A stretch of 64,000 bases of DNA from Xanthobacteraceae bacterium (GTDB taxonomy: Bacteria > Pseudomonadota > Alphaproteobacteria > Rhizobiales > Xanthobacteraceae). Positions 46,568 through 55,006 of the stretch are shown here, one piece after another. Below the pieces are notes generated by a model. That model was not told where the DNA came from. It saw nothing but the letters and a program-made list of their open reading frames with translations, and did not search any database. Location of the stretch: the NCBI GenBank assembly GCA_019635585.1, contig JAHBZE010000002.1, positions 1,012,007 to 1,076,006 of the forward strand. Direction: 5' to 3'. Made by a program: the position numbers and the translations under genes. Within the stretch, counting starts at the first letter, position 1. Each line of letters starts with the position of its first letter.

Positions 46568-47820
46568 GCGCGGCCTCCCTGCATGCGGATCACGTGCCCA
46601 TAGGGCGGATTAAAACTTGCGTAGGCGCCGGGCGTGATGACCCAGAGCACGTCGTAGGGCATCTCCTCGGGCGGGAACGCGATGTCGCCATCAGTGATCA
46701 CGAGCGCCGCGGTCACCCGCGCATCGTCCGCGAGCCCGCGCATCGCGGGCGTGAGATCGCTGCCGCCGAAGCCGCTGATCTGGTAATCGGCAAGCGCTTC
46801 CGGCGAGAGCATTTCGTCGCCCGTCACCGCGGCGTCGCATTGCACGAGCCGGATTTCGTCGATCGAAAGCTGCTCACAGAAATCCGCGATCGCGCCCAGT
46901 GCCGGCGAAATCTCGTCGGTCATGGAACCCGAGGTATCGAGCACGACGTTCAGCATCCAGGATTCGCGCTTGCGGCCCGCGAGCACGATGTCGCTGCTCG
47001 TGAGTTCGCGCCGCGAAGGCCGGATATAGGTCCGCTCGCCGGGCGCAACCGACTCGATCCACTTCTGCATCGCGGCTTCCCACGGAGTCTTGTACATGCC
47101 GCGCAGCGCCATCACGGTCTGGGTTACTTCGCCGGCTTCGACGCCGCGCCCCTTCATCGCGCCCATCGCCTTGCCAAGCGCGAGCGCTCTCGCAGCCGCC
47201 GCGCGCATCTGTTTCGCCTGCTCCGCCTGCCCGTTCTGGCACTCGGGAAACAGTTCGCGCTCCTTCGCCTCGTCCATGACATCGCCCGCGTCTTCGGCGC
47301 TCTGGCTGCCGCCTTGGCCCGACTTGTTCAGCGCGCCGCGCGCGGAGATCGCCTGCCCATCCCAGACCTGCGTCTTCGACTGCATCTGCTCGCCGTTCTT
47401 GCGCATTTCCAGCACGATCTGTTCGGCGGATTTCTCCTTCGCGCCCGGCATGTCGAGCCCGCCAGCGGGGACGTGGCTGAAACCGAGTTCGGCGCGCAGG
47501 ATGTCGTTGATGATGTAGTCGTGCGCGTAGTTGAACTCGAGCCGGCCCGAACCTTTCGCGCGGTCGTGCGTGCGCAGCGCAAGGTGGAGCAACTCGTGCG
47601 CGAGCACGAAGATCAGTTCGTTCTCTTTCAGCTTCGCGACGAACTGCCGATTCGCGACCATGCGGCCCGAAGCGAACACTCCCATGGTCGGCACGCGGTC
47701 GTCGATCGAGCAGCGCACGGCAGCGGCCAGCCCCGCGAGATGCGGCATCGGCACCGTCACCATGCGAAGCCCGCGCTCGATGCGCGCGAGCGTCTGCGCG
47801 GAGGAAGGAACCGGCTTCAT
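46564..47820 (-). CDS. HExxH metallopeptidase-like / vWA-like (MIDAS) two-domain protein (DUF2201-type)
   Basis: Trimmed to the ATG at 47820 (ATGA overlap with the AAA+ stop). N-terminal LAHELLHLALRTH motif and C-terminal VVLDTSGSM (DxSxS MIDAS). The 631 aa longest ORF is an out-of-frame overlap with the upstream gene. Confidence 0.8.
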   Translation of the reverse strand: MKPVPSSAQTLARIERGLRMVTVPMPHLAGLAAAVRCSIDDRVPTMGVFASGRMVANRQFVAKLKENELIFVLAHELLHLALRTHDRAKGSGRLEFNYAHDYIINDILRAELGFSHVPAGGLDMPGAKEKSAEQIVLEMRKNGEQMQSKTQVWDGQAISARGALNKSGQGGSQSAEDAGDVMDEAKERELFPECQNGQAEQAKQMRAAAARALALGKAMGAMKGRGVEAGEVTQTVMALRGMYKTPWEAAMQKWIESVAPGERTYIRPSRRELTSSDIVLAGRKRESWMLNVVLDTSGSMTDEISPALGAIADFCEQLSIDEIRLVQCDAAVTGDEMLSPEALADYQISGFGGSDLTPAMRGLADDARVTAALVITDGDIAFPPEEMPYDVLWVITPGAYASFNPPYGHVIRMQGGRA

Positions 47821-48851
47821 ATCGCCGTGACTTCTTTCAGCAACTTCAGCATCGACTTGTCGGCGCCGAGCGCGCCCCACTGATCGACCAGTTCGGTGAG
47901 CAGCGTAAGCTGGCTTTCTGCGGGTAAGCTGCCGAGGAAGCGGTTCACGATTTTCGGCTTCAGGTGCGAAAGCTTTCCTTCGCGCACGTTCTGCCGGATG
48001 CAGTTGAGGATGAACCAGCGCGCGGCATCGGTCTTGGGAAGCAGGTCCGGCGCCTCGATATATTCGTCGATCGGCCGCATCTTGCCGATCGCTTCTTCCG
48101 CGAGCGCGCAGTACACGGCGGCATCTTCCGCCGACAAGCGGCCGAAGGCGAGCGCGCGCCGCGTCTCGTTCGTCAGAATGCCCGCGGCTCCCGCCATATC
48201 GAGCGCCTGCGCGAGCAGCGTCCATGCGCGCGGCGTCGAGAACGGCACCGGCTCGGGCGGCACCGGCCGCATCAAGGCGTCGGGCATGTATGAAATGAAG
48301 GCCCGCACATCTTCGCGGATCGAATTCTTCGCGGCCCAGGCGAGCCACTCGCCGGCATCGACCCGCAGATGCAGGATCGTGACACGGTTCACGAGCGCGG
48401 AACTCATGGCGCGAACCAGCGCGCGATCCTGCATGCGGTTGCCGGCCGCGACTACCCATGTGCCTTTGGGAAGCGCGTGTTCGCCAAGCCGGCGCTCCAG
48501 GAGCAGCGAATAAAACGCCTTCTGCACGTCAGGTGCGCAGGCCGGAAGCTCGTCGAGAAAGAGACAGAACGGCTCGGGATTTTCAGGAAGTAGCACGCGC
48601 GGCGGGCAGAACACCGAACGCTCGCCAATGATGCGCGGGATGCCGGAGACGTCTTCCGGCGCGATTTGCGTGCCCAGGAGCGAGCGGCAGGGCAGCTTCG
48701 CTTCGGCTGCCGCCTGATAGATCATCTCGGACTTGCCGACGCCCGGCGGCGACAGCAGGAGAAAGCTCTGCTCTCCCGCCATGCATTGCACGAGCTTCTT
48801 GGCCTGCTGCAGCGTGATCGTCTCTTCGCGCGGATTGACGGCGACGTTCAT
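47817..48851 (-). CDS. MoxR-like AAA+ ATPase
   Basis: Walker A LLLSPPGVGKSEM, Walker B FCLFLDELPAC, sensor-1 VVAAGNR, plus a helical C-terminal extension; 344 aa. Confidence 0.88.
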   Translation of the reverse strand: MNVAVNPREETITLQQAKKLVQCMAGEQSFLLLSPPGVGKSEMIYQAAAEAKLPCRSLLGTQIAPEDVSGIPRIIGERSVFCPPRVLLPENPEPFCLFLDELPACAPDVQKAFYSLLLERRLGEHALPKGTWVVAAGNRMQDRALVRAMSSALVNRVTILHLRVDAGEWLAWAAKNSIREDVRAFISYMPDALMRPVPPEPVPFSTPRAWTLLAQALDMAGAAGILTNETRRALAFGRLSAEDAAVYCALAEEAIGKMRPIDEYIEAPDLLPKTDAARWFILNCIRQNVREGKLSHLKPKIVNRFLGSLPAESQLTLLTELVDQWGALGADKSMLKLLKEVTAI

Positions 48852-49001
48852 GGCTTGCGCTCTCCCCGCCCGGAATCGGGCGATTTCGCCACTTAGGGAG
48901 AGCTTTGCGGCAGCGCTAGTGTGTAGGCCGAAGATTCAGGCGCAGGTTGTGGCTCATAAGTAGAGAATTTTTGCACACAACCGGGCGCTGCGGGACTGGC
49001 G

Positions 49002-50123
49002 CTACTTCCGCTCGGACGACCACGGGAAGTTCACGTAGCGCTCGCGCGTGTCGAAACAGATGTTGCCGTACATCTTGAGATAAACGTCGCGGCGCTTCGG
49101 ATCTGCAAACACCGCGCCCGGATTTTCGAAGTCGGCTTCGTATTGTGCGATGTTCGCCTGCGTCAGCAGGCTCGGCAGGATATCCATTGCCTGCGGCACG
49201 CTCTTTCCTTCAAGCCAGTCGGCCGCAAACTGCCCGAGCGCATAGCCGAACACGGGCGAGGACAGGCTGACACTCGCCTTGTACGGGCTCGTACCCGACT
49301 TGATCTCGGCCACCGCTTCCGGCTCGCCGTCGATGCCGCCGAGAAATTGATCGGGCCGCGCCTTCTTCGCCTCTCGCAGCGCCTGCAGCGCGCCGAGCAC
49401 AACGGTATCCGCGCCAAGCACGACATCAACCTCCGGATGCGCGATCAGAATGGTGCGCATCATGTTAAGGCCGCCCTCTTTGTTGACCGTCAGCGGCGAG
49501 ATGTCGGCGACGATGGTAACGCCCGGAATGTTCTGCAACACGTCGCGCATGGCTGCAAAGCGCGGCGAAAGGAACTGCAAACTGTCATGGGTGAGCAGAA
49601 CCACCTTCGCTTTGCCGTTGAGCCGGTCGCGAATATAAGTCGCTGCAGCCTCCGCAAGCACCTTGCCGGTCAGATATTGCGGGGCGTTGAGCAGCGTTAT
49701 CGCCGGCGGCGGCACGACGGTGCCGACATAAGCGCCGGACCAGATCACCTGCTGGAGAAACGGCGCAAGCGACGGCGGGTGCACGGGTGCTGCGACCACC
49801 GCACCGATCTTGTCTGCAAACTGTGCCTGCACCTGCTGGATCATGAGCTTGGGATCGTTGTTGGCGAGCACGATCCGGAATTCGAGTCCGCGATCTTTCG
49901 CGGCCGATGATAATCCGCGCGCCACGCCCTGCATAAACTGGCGTTCGTTGTCCTGCGCAAAGGTGAGGATTTTTTGCAACCCGGTCGGCGCATTGCATGA
50001 CGGCGCGGACGGATTGAACGGCGGCAGCACGACGGGAGTCGTTATACCCTGCGGTCCGTCCTGCGCGATGACCGCACTGGAGAACAGAGCGCTGCATAAA
50101 AGCGCCGCGAGCGTGCAACGCAT
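49002..50123 (-). CDS. Orphan periplasmic binding protein (sugar-binding, type I PBP fold)
   Basis: Signal peptide MRCTLAALLCSALFSSAVIAQ and an LacI/RbsB-type PBP pattern. SD GAAGGAGG lies inside the end of the kinase gene. No ABC permease or ATPase is nearby. Confidence 0.85.
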   Translation of the reverse strand: MRCTLAALLCSALFSSAVIAQDGPQGITTPVVLPPFNPSAPSCNAPTGLQKILTFAQDNERQFMQGVARGLSSAAKDRGLEFRIVLANNDPKLMIQQVQAQFADKIGAVVAAPVHPPSLAPFLQQVIWSGAYVGTVVPPPAITLLNAPQYLTGKVLAEAAATYIRDRLNGKAKVVLLTHDSLQFLSPRFAAMRDVLQNIPGVTIVADISPLTVNKEGGLNMMRTILIAHPEVDVVLGADTVVLGALQALREAKKARPDQFLGGIDGEPEAVAEIKSGTSPYKASVSLSSPVFGYALGQFAADWLEGKSVPQAMDILPSLLTQANIAQYEADFENPGAVFADPKRRDVYLKMYGNICFDTRERYVNFPWSSERK

Positions 50124-50124
50124 G

Positions 50125-51468
50125 CTAAGCAGCCTCCTTCAATGGAAATACCATGCGCGCAGCCGTTCCCGGAGTACGTTTCAGATATTCGATCTTCGCT
50201 TCCATGTTCGACGCCATCGCATGCACGATGCGCGTGCCGAGCCCCGTGCCTTTCACCGAAACATCTTCCGTCCTGCCAATCCCGTCGTCTTCCACGACCA
50301 GTTCGGCGCTTCCGTCGTGCAGGTTTACAAGTTTCACCCGGACTTCGCCGTTGCCGTCGGGATAGGCGTATTTGAAGGCGTTCGTGACGAGTTCAGTAAC
50401 GGCGACGCCGAGGTTGATGCTCCGGTCGGTCGGCATCTTGAGGGGCTCGATGGAATAGCGCAGCGAAGCGCCGCGTCCTTCGTTCTTCAGCGTCACTGCG
50501 AGTTGGTCGAGCACGGCCGCAAGATACTCGTCGAGTTCGACCACCCGCACGTCCTTCGACGTATAAAGCCGCTTATGGACCGACGCGATCGCATAAATAC
50601 GCGCCTGCGTTTCGGAAAGCGCATCTTTCGCCGCCGGATCGCCGAGCGCCTTCGCTTGCAGTTGCACCATCGAATTCACCATCGCGAGACTGTTCGCAAC
50701 GCGATGATTGACTTCCTGCACCAGCATTTCGGCGCGGTCTCGTGCACGCGCGAGATCGGCGGTGCGAAGCTTCACGCGTTCTTCAAGACTGGCATTGAGC
50801 GCATGAACTTCGTCGCGAGCCTGCGCAACCTCCCGGGCATATTGCATGGTCACGATCGTGACGCCGCCGACTACGAGCACGATAATGAGACCTCCCAGAA
50901 TCGTTACCCAGCGAAGCCAGTTGGCATTCGCGCGCTGCTCGCCCACCGCCGCCGTTAGGCGATCGTCTGTACGGCGAATGATGCCGGATAAAAAGAGATT
51001 GGCCTCATCCATCAGCGCCTTCCCGCGATTGGTCTGCAGCGCCGCGAATGCATCCTTTTCCCGAAGCGCCGACTTGAGGGCGATGGTCTCATCCATTTCC
51101 GCAAGCTTCTGACCAATGATAATTTCGAGCCGCTCGAGCAGGACAGTGAACGTGCCGTCCCCCGCGAGCAACCGCTTCAGCGCGACGAACTGGCGCTTCG
51201 TTTGCGCTTTCGCGGTGTCGTAGGGCGCTAGATAAATTTCGTTGCCGGTGACGATGTAACCGCGCTGGCTCGATTCCGCCGTCTGCAACGCGGCGCGCAG
51301 TTCGACCGCCGCGCTGCGCATTTCCCGCGCCTCGATGACTTCATCGAAAGAATATTGGGCGCGTTCGCCGAGCCAAATGGTCGTAGCGACGATGCCGAGA
51401 AGTGTCAGAAACCCGACACCCAGAAGCAGGATCGTCGAACGAACTACAAAGCGACTGGAAATCGGCAT
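50125..51468 (-). CDS. Sensor histidine kinase: TM - CHASE3-like periplasmic domain - TM - HisKA_2/HWE-type kinase
   Basis: H-box EVNHRVANSLAMVNSMVQLQ, N-box ELVTNAFKYAYP and G-box DDGIG ... GTGLGTRIV. The N-terminal periplasmic helical region resembles CHASE3. Start is either the ATG at 51468 or the TTG at 51507. Confidence 0.88.
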   Translation of the reverse strand: MPISSRFVVRSTILLLGVGFLTLLGIVATTIWLGERAQYSFDEVIEAREMRSAAVELRAALQTAESSQRGYIVTGNEIYLAPYDTAKAQTKRQFVALKRLLAGDGTFTVLLERLEIIIGQKLAEMDETIALKSALREKDAFAALQTNRGKALMDEANLFLSGIIRRTDDRLTAAVGEQRANANWLRWVTILGGLIIVLVVGGVTIVTMQYAREVAQARDEVHALNASLEERVKLRTADLARARDRAEMLVQEVNHRVANSLAMVNSMVQLQAKALGDPAAKDALSETQARIYAIASVHKRLYTSKDVRVVELDEYLAAVLDQLAVTLKNEGRGASLRYSIEPLKMPTDRSINLGVAVTELVTNAFKYAYPDGNGEVRVKLVNLHDGSAELVVEDDGIGRTEDVSVKGTGLGTRIVHAMASNMEAKIEYLKRTPGTAARMVFPLKEAA

Positions 51469-51721
51469 ACGGATAAAGGCGATGCCCGATAAGCGCCTCG
51501 CGTACAAGCGCTCAATGACCGGGAGACCCTTGCCGGTTCATTTTGCCGGCTGATGCGCTTTTTACGTACCAAAAAGCCTCTAATTTCTGCTCGCAAATGC
51601 AGCAAAGGACGCCGGGTAGCAAACCCTCGCAAGCCGTGACAGGCTCCCGGCGCATAACGAGAAGCCGCCAAGGCCGTTGGGAGATTTCATAAGGGAAGAT
51701 TTTTAGTCAGGAGGAAACGCC

Positions 51722-52507
51722 ATGACTCCAACCCGACGCGATCTATTCAAGTCAGCCGCGGTTGCGGGCGCCGGTATAGCGCTCGCGGGCACGACGCCCG
51801 CGGCAGCGCAGGTTAAATCGCCGTTCGAAGTGAAAGGCACCTATATACCGATCGTCGGCACCAGCGAGCAGTTTCAGGTTCGCCGGATTTATTGCATCGG
51901 CCGCAATTACGCGGCGCATTCGCGCGAAATGGGCTCGGACCCGAACCGCGAGCCGCCGTTCTTCTTTCAGAAGCCGACCGACGCGATCCAGAACGTCGCG
52001 TTGAACACCGTCGCCGACCATCCTTATCCGTCGCTGACCAAGAACTATCACTATGAAGTGGAACTGGTCGCCGCACTGAAATCGGGCGGTACCAACATCC
52101 CGGCCGAGAAGGCGCTCGATCATGTTTACGGCTACGCCGTCGGCCTCGACATGACGCGGCGCGACTTGCAGCGCAAACTCGGCGACGAAAAGAAGCCGTG
52201 GGAAATCGGCAAGAGTTTCGATCACTCCGCGCCGATTGGTCCGATCCACCGGGTCGAACAGGTAGGCCACTTCGAGAAAGGCGCGATTTCGCTCGCGGTG
52301 AACGGTACCGTGAAGCAGAATTCGAATCTCTCGAACATGATCTGGTCGGTCGCCGAGCAGATCGCGCAGTTGTCCACCGCCTTCGAACTTGCCGCCGGCG
52401 ACATCATCTATTCCGGCACGCCGGAAAATGTCGGCCCGGTGGTCAAGGGCGACGTGATTTTGTGCAAGATCGAGCGCCTGCCGGATATGTCGGTGAAGAT
52501 CGTCTGA
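51722..52507 (+). CDS. Fumarylacetoacetate hydrolase (FAH) family protein with a twin-arginine signal peptide
   Basis: Tat motif TRRDLFKSAAVAGAGIALAGTTPAAAQ, then an FAH fold pattern (IYCIGRNYAAHSREMG ... YEVELV ... GYAVGLDMTRRDLQ ... GDIIYSGTPENVG). Confidence 0.88.
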   Translation: MTPTRRDLFKSAAVAGAGIALAGTTPAAAQVKSPFEVKGTYIPIVGTSEQFQVRRIYCIGRNYAAHSREMGSDPNREPPFFFQKPTDAIQNVALNTVADHPYPSLTKNYHYEVELVAALKSGGTNIPAEKALDHVYGYAVGLDMTRRDLQRKLGDEKKPWEIGKSFDHSAPIGPIHRVEQVGHFEKGAISLAVNGTVKQNSNLSNMIWSVAEQIAQLSTAFELAAGDIIYSGTPENVGPVVKGDVILCKIERLPDMSVKIV

Positions 52508-52520
52508 CGCCGAAAACTGA

Positions 52521-52560
52521 AAAAAGCCGCGCCGCGCCGGAAAGCGCCGCGCGGCTTTTT
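52521..52560 (+). terminator. Rho-independent terminator after the FAH gene
   Basis: AAAAAGCCGCGC ... GCGCGGCTTTTT: GC stem with a U-run. Confidence 0.75.
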
Positions 52561-52584
52561 ACTTGCAACTGATATTTGCGGAGA

Positions 52585-52659
52585 TGGCGCTCCCTACGGG
52601 AATCGAACCCGTGTTTCAGCCTTGAGAGGGCCGCGTCCTAACCGCTAGACGAAGGGAGC
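52585..52659 (-). tRNA. tRNA-Glu (anticodon CUC)
   Basis: The reverse complement GCTCCCTTCGTCTAGCGGTTAGGACGCGGCCCTCTCAAGGCTGAAACACGGGTTCGATTCCCGTAGGGAGCGCCA folds as a cloverleaf and is closely similar to bacterial tRNA-Glu. Confidence 0.92.
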
Positions 52660-52717
52660 GTTCGGGGCGTTCATAGCAGCGGCGGGGCGGCGCGGGCAAG
52701 CGGTGGGGAAATCGCCG

Positions 52718-53557
52718 CTAAATCCGCATCAACACGATGCCGGCGAGAATAAGCGCGGCGGCAGACCAGCGCTGCGCGCTCGCCTTCTCGCCGAGCAGAA
52801 ACACCGCGATCAGCATGGCGAACAGAACGCTCGTCTCGCGCAGTGCGGCGACCAGCGCGATCGGAGCTAACGTGAAAGCCCAGATCGCGATCCAGTAGGA
52901 GCCGAGCGACAAAGCCCCCGCAGCAAAACCGCTGCCGATATTGCCGCGCGCGGCTCCGAACAACCCGCGCCCGCGAACGGCGAGCGCGTAAAGCGTCATC
53001 AGCAACCCGTCGAACACGAACATCCAGAGCGTGAAGCCCGATGCCGTGCCGGAGAGCCGCGCGCCGACGCCGTCGGCGAGCGTATAGCTCGCGGTAAACA
53101 CCGCCGTGCCGAGCGCGTAGAGCAACGCCTTCTTGGGCATCGCTTGCGCCGCACCGAATTTCGACGACATCAGCATCACGCCGAGCGCGATCGCACCGAC
53201 CGCCGCGAATTTCGTCGCCGTCATCCCTTCGCCGAGTGCAAATACGCCGACCAGCGCCACGATCAGCGGCGCCGAGCCGCGCGCAAGCGGATAGACTTGG
53301 CTCATGTCGCCGTGCTCATAGGCGCGGATCAGGAAGATCTTGTAGCCGCTATGCAAAAACGCGGAGCCGGCGATCCACGGCCAGCTCGCGGCGAGCGGCG
53401 TTGCGAACAGCGGCAACAGCGCTAGCGAGATCAGACCCTGCACGAGCGCGAGCATGAAGATCGAGGTAGTGCGGTCGAGACCGGTCTTGACGAGCGCGTT
53501 CCAGCCCGCGTGCATCGCGGCTCCCGCGAGCACGGCGAAGAATACCACGACGTCCAT
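52718..53557 (-). CDS. EamA/DMT family transporter
   Basis: 279 aa, 10 TM helices, HAGWNALVK motif. Paralogue pattern with 7642-8487. Confidence 0.85.
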   Translation of the reverse strand: MDVVVFFAVLAGAAMHAGWNALVKTGLDRTTSIFMLALVQGLISLALLPLFATPLAASWPWIAGSAFLHSGYKIFLIRAYEHGDMSQVYPLARGSAPLIVALVGVFALGEGMTATKFAAVGAIALGVMLMSSKFGAAQAMPKKALLYALGTAVFTASYTLADGVGARLSGTASGFTLWMFVFDGLLMTLYALAVRGRGLFGAARGNIGSGFAAGALSLGSYWIAIWAFTLAPIALVAALRETSVLFAMLIAVFLLGEKASAQRWSAAALILAGIVLMRI

Positions 53558-53560
53558 GCG

Positions 53561-53923
53561 TTATTGCGGCTCGAGCCGCAGCGTGCCGCGCAGTTGCAGG
53601 GTTGAAAGGTCGAACACGCGAACCTCGGTCCTGCCCTCATGTTCGATCGTGACGACGATGCGCCCGTCGCTTACCGCGGTCGAAATGACGCGCGCGCCCT
53701 TCGGCAACGCATTGGTGATTGCCGGGATCGGAGCCGCCTGCGGTGCCGTCACCGGATTGGAGAGCCGATAGCCGATCACCGCGAAGATCGCGAGAAAGCC
53801 GCCGATCATCAGGATCGACGAAAACACTGCCATGCGCTTCAGCTTGCGGACCATGGCTTCCTGCTGCGGATCGAGCGGGACTTCGGTATCCTGCGCGGGA
53901 AGATTCTTTTTCTTGGCAGCCAT
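53561..53923 (-). CDS. Small single-pass membrane protein of unknown function
   Basis: 120 aa. TM segment MAVFSSILMIGGFLAIFAVIGY followed by a beta-rich C-terminal domain. Its ATG overlaps the divergent rluD ATG. Confidence 0.6.
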   Translation of the reverse strand: MAAKKKNLPAQDTEVPLDPQQEAMVRKLKRMAVFSSILMIGGFLAIFAVIGYRLSNPVTAPQAAPIPAITNALPKGARVISTAVSDGRIVVTIEHEGRTEVRVFDLSTLQLRGTLRLEPQ

Positions 53924-54923
53924 GACGAAAGATACCGGTCAGCGTTTCGAGATTTCCGCAAGCGCGGAGGATAAAGGCGCACGCCTCGACCGTTTTCTCG
54001 CGGGGAAAATCGGCGAACTCAGCCGCACGCGGCTAAAGGCGCTGATCCTCGAAGGCGAAGTCGAAGTGAGCGGCCGGACAGTAAGAGACCCCGAATTCAG
54101 GGTCAACGCGGGCGACGCGGTCACAGTTTCGATTCCCGAAGCCGAGCCCGCGAAGCCGGCGGCCGAGAAAATCCCGCTCGACATCGTCTATGAAGACAAG
54201 GACGTGATCGTGATCGACAAGCCTGCCGGGCTGGTGGTGCATCCCGCCGCCGGCAACCGCACCGGCACGCTCGTCAACGCGCTGATCGCGCATTGCGGCG
54301 CGTCGCTTTCCGGCATCGGCGGCGAGAAACGTCCCGGCATCGTGCATCGGCTCGACAAGGATACAAGCGGGCTGCTTGTCGTCGCGAAGAACGATCAGGC
54401 GCACCGCTCGCTCTCGGAACAGTTCGCCGATCACGGCCGCACCAACGAACTCTCGCGCGGCTACATTGCGTTTGCCTGGGGCGTACCGAAGCCCGAGCGC
54501 GGCACGATCGACGCGCCGATCACGCGCGACCCGCGCTCACGCGTGAAGATGGCGGTGAAGAAGGGCGGCAAGGAAGCGATCACGCATTACGAAGTCTTGC
54601 GGAAATATCCCGGCAGCGACGGCAAGCCGGTCGCTTCGATGATCGAATGCGAACTGGAGACCGGCCGCACCCACCAGATCCGCGTGCATCTCGCCAAAGC
54701 CGGCCATCCGCTCCTCGGCGACAGCGTCTATGGCGCGGGATTCCAGTCGAAGGCGGCACTTCTGCCGCAGAAGGCGCAGGCCGCGCTCAAAAGCCTGAAC
54801 CGGCAGGCGCTTCACGCCTACCGCCTCGCCTTTTCACATCCGCGCACGGGCAAATTGCTGTCTTTTGAAAGTAAGTTGCCGAAAGAGCTGGCCGCGCTGG
54901 AGAAATCTTTCAAGAAAGCCTGA
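53922..54923 (+). CDS. rluD: RluA-family 23S rRNA pseudouridine synthase (RluD type)
   Basis: Trimmed to the ATG at 53922. S4 domain (ARLDRFLAGKIGELSRTRLKALI) and catalytic HRLDKDTSGLLVVAKN. Confidence 0.88.
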   Translation: MTKDTGQRFEISASAEDKGARLDRFLAGKIGELSRTRLKALILEGEVEVSGRTVRDPEFRVNAGDAVTVSIPEAEPAKPAAEKIPLDIVYEDKDVIVIDKPAGLVVHPAAGNRTGTLVNALIAHCGASLSGIGGEKRPGIVHRLDKDTSGLLVVAKNDQAHRSLSEQFADHGRTNELSRGYIAFAWGVPKPERGTIDAPITRDPRSRVKMAVKKGGKEAITHYEVLRKYPGSDGKPVASMIECELETGRTHQIRVHLAKAGHPLLGDSVYGAGFQSKAALLPQKAQAALKSLNRQALHAYRLAFSHPRTGKLLSFESKLPKELAALEKSFKKA

Positions 54924-54978
54924 CAGAGCCGCTGCAAAGCTGCGGAAAGCCGGGTTAAAAAAATTTCATTTGCGGGAC

Positions 54979-55006
54979 CTTAAAGCCGCCAAGACGTTCC
55001 CTATAT
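54979..55006 (+). promoter_or_regulatory. Sigma-32-type promoter candidate upstream of rpoH (CTTAAA-N14-CCCTATAT)
   Basis: Compared with the heat-shock consensus CTTGAA-N13-15-CCCCATNT. Lies 78-105 nt upstream of the rpoH ATG. Confidence 0.5.

Noticed and set aside
46594-47883. 429 aa plus-strand ORF, plus the 631 aa extended version of the vWA gene (46564-48459)
   Set aside because: The plus-strand ORF is antisense to the vWA gene. The 631 aa extension overlaps the AAA+ gene out of frame and has an Arg/Ala-rich non-homologous N-terminus. The ATGA-coupled ATG at 47820 is the sensible start.
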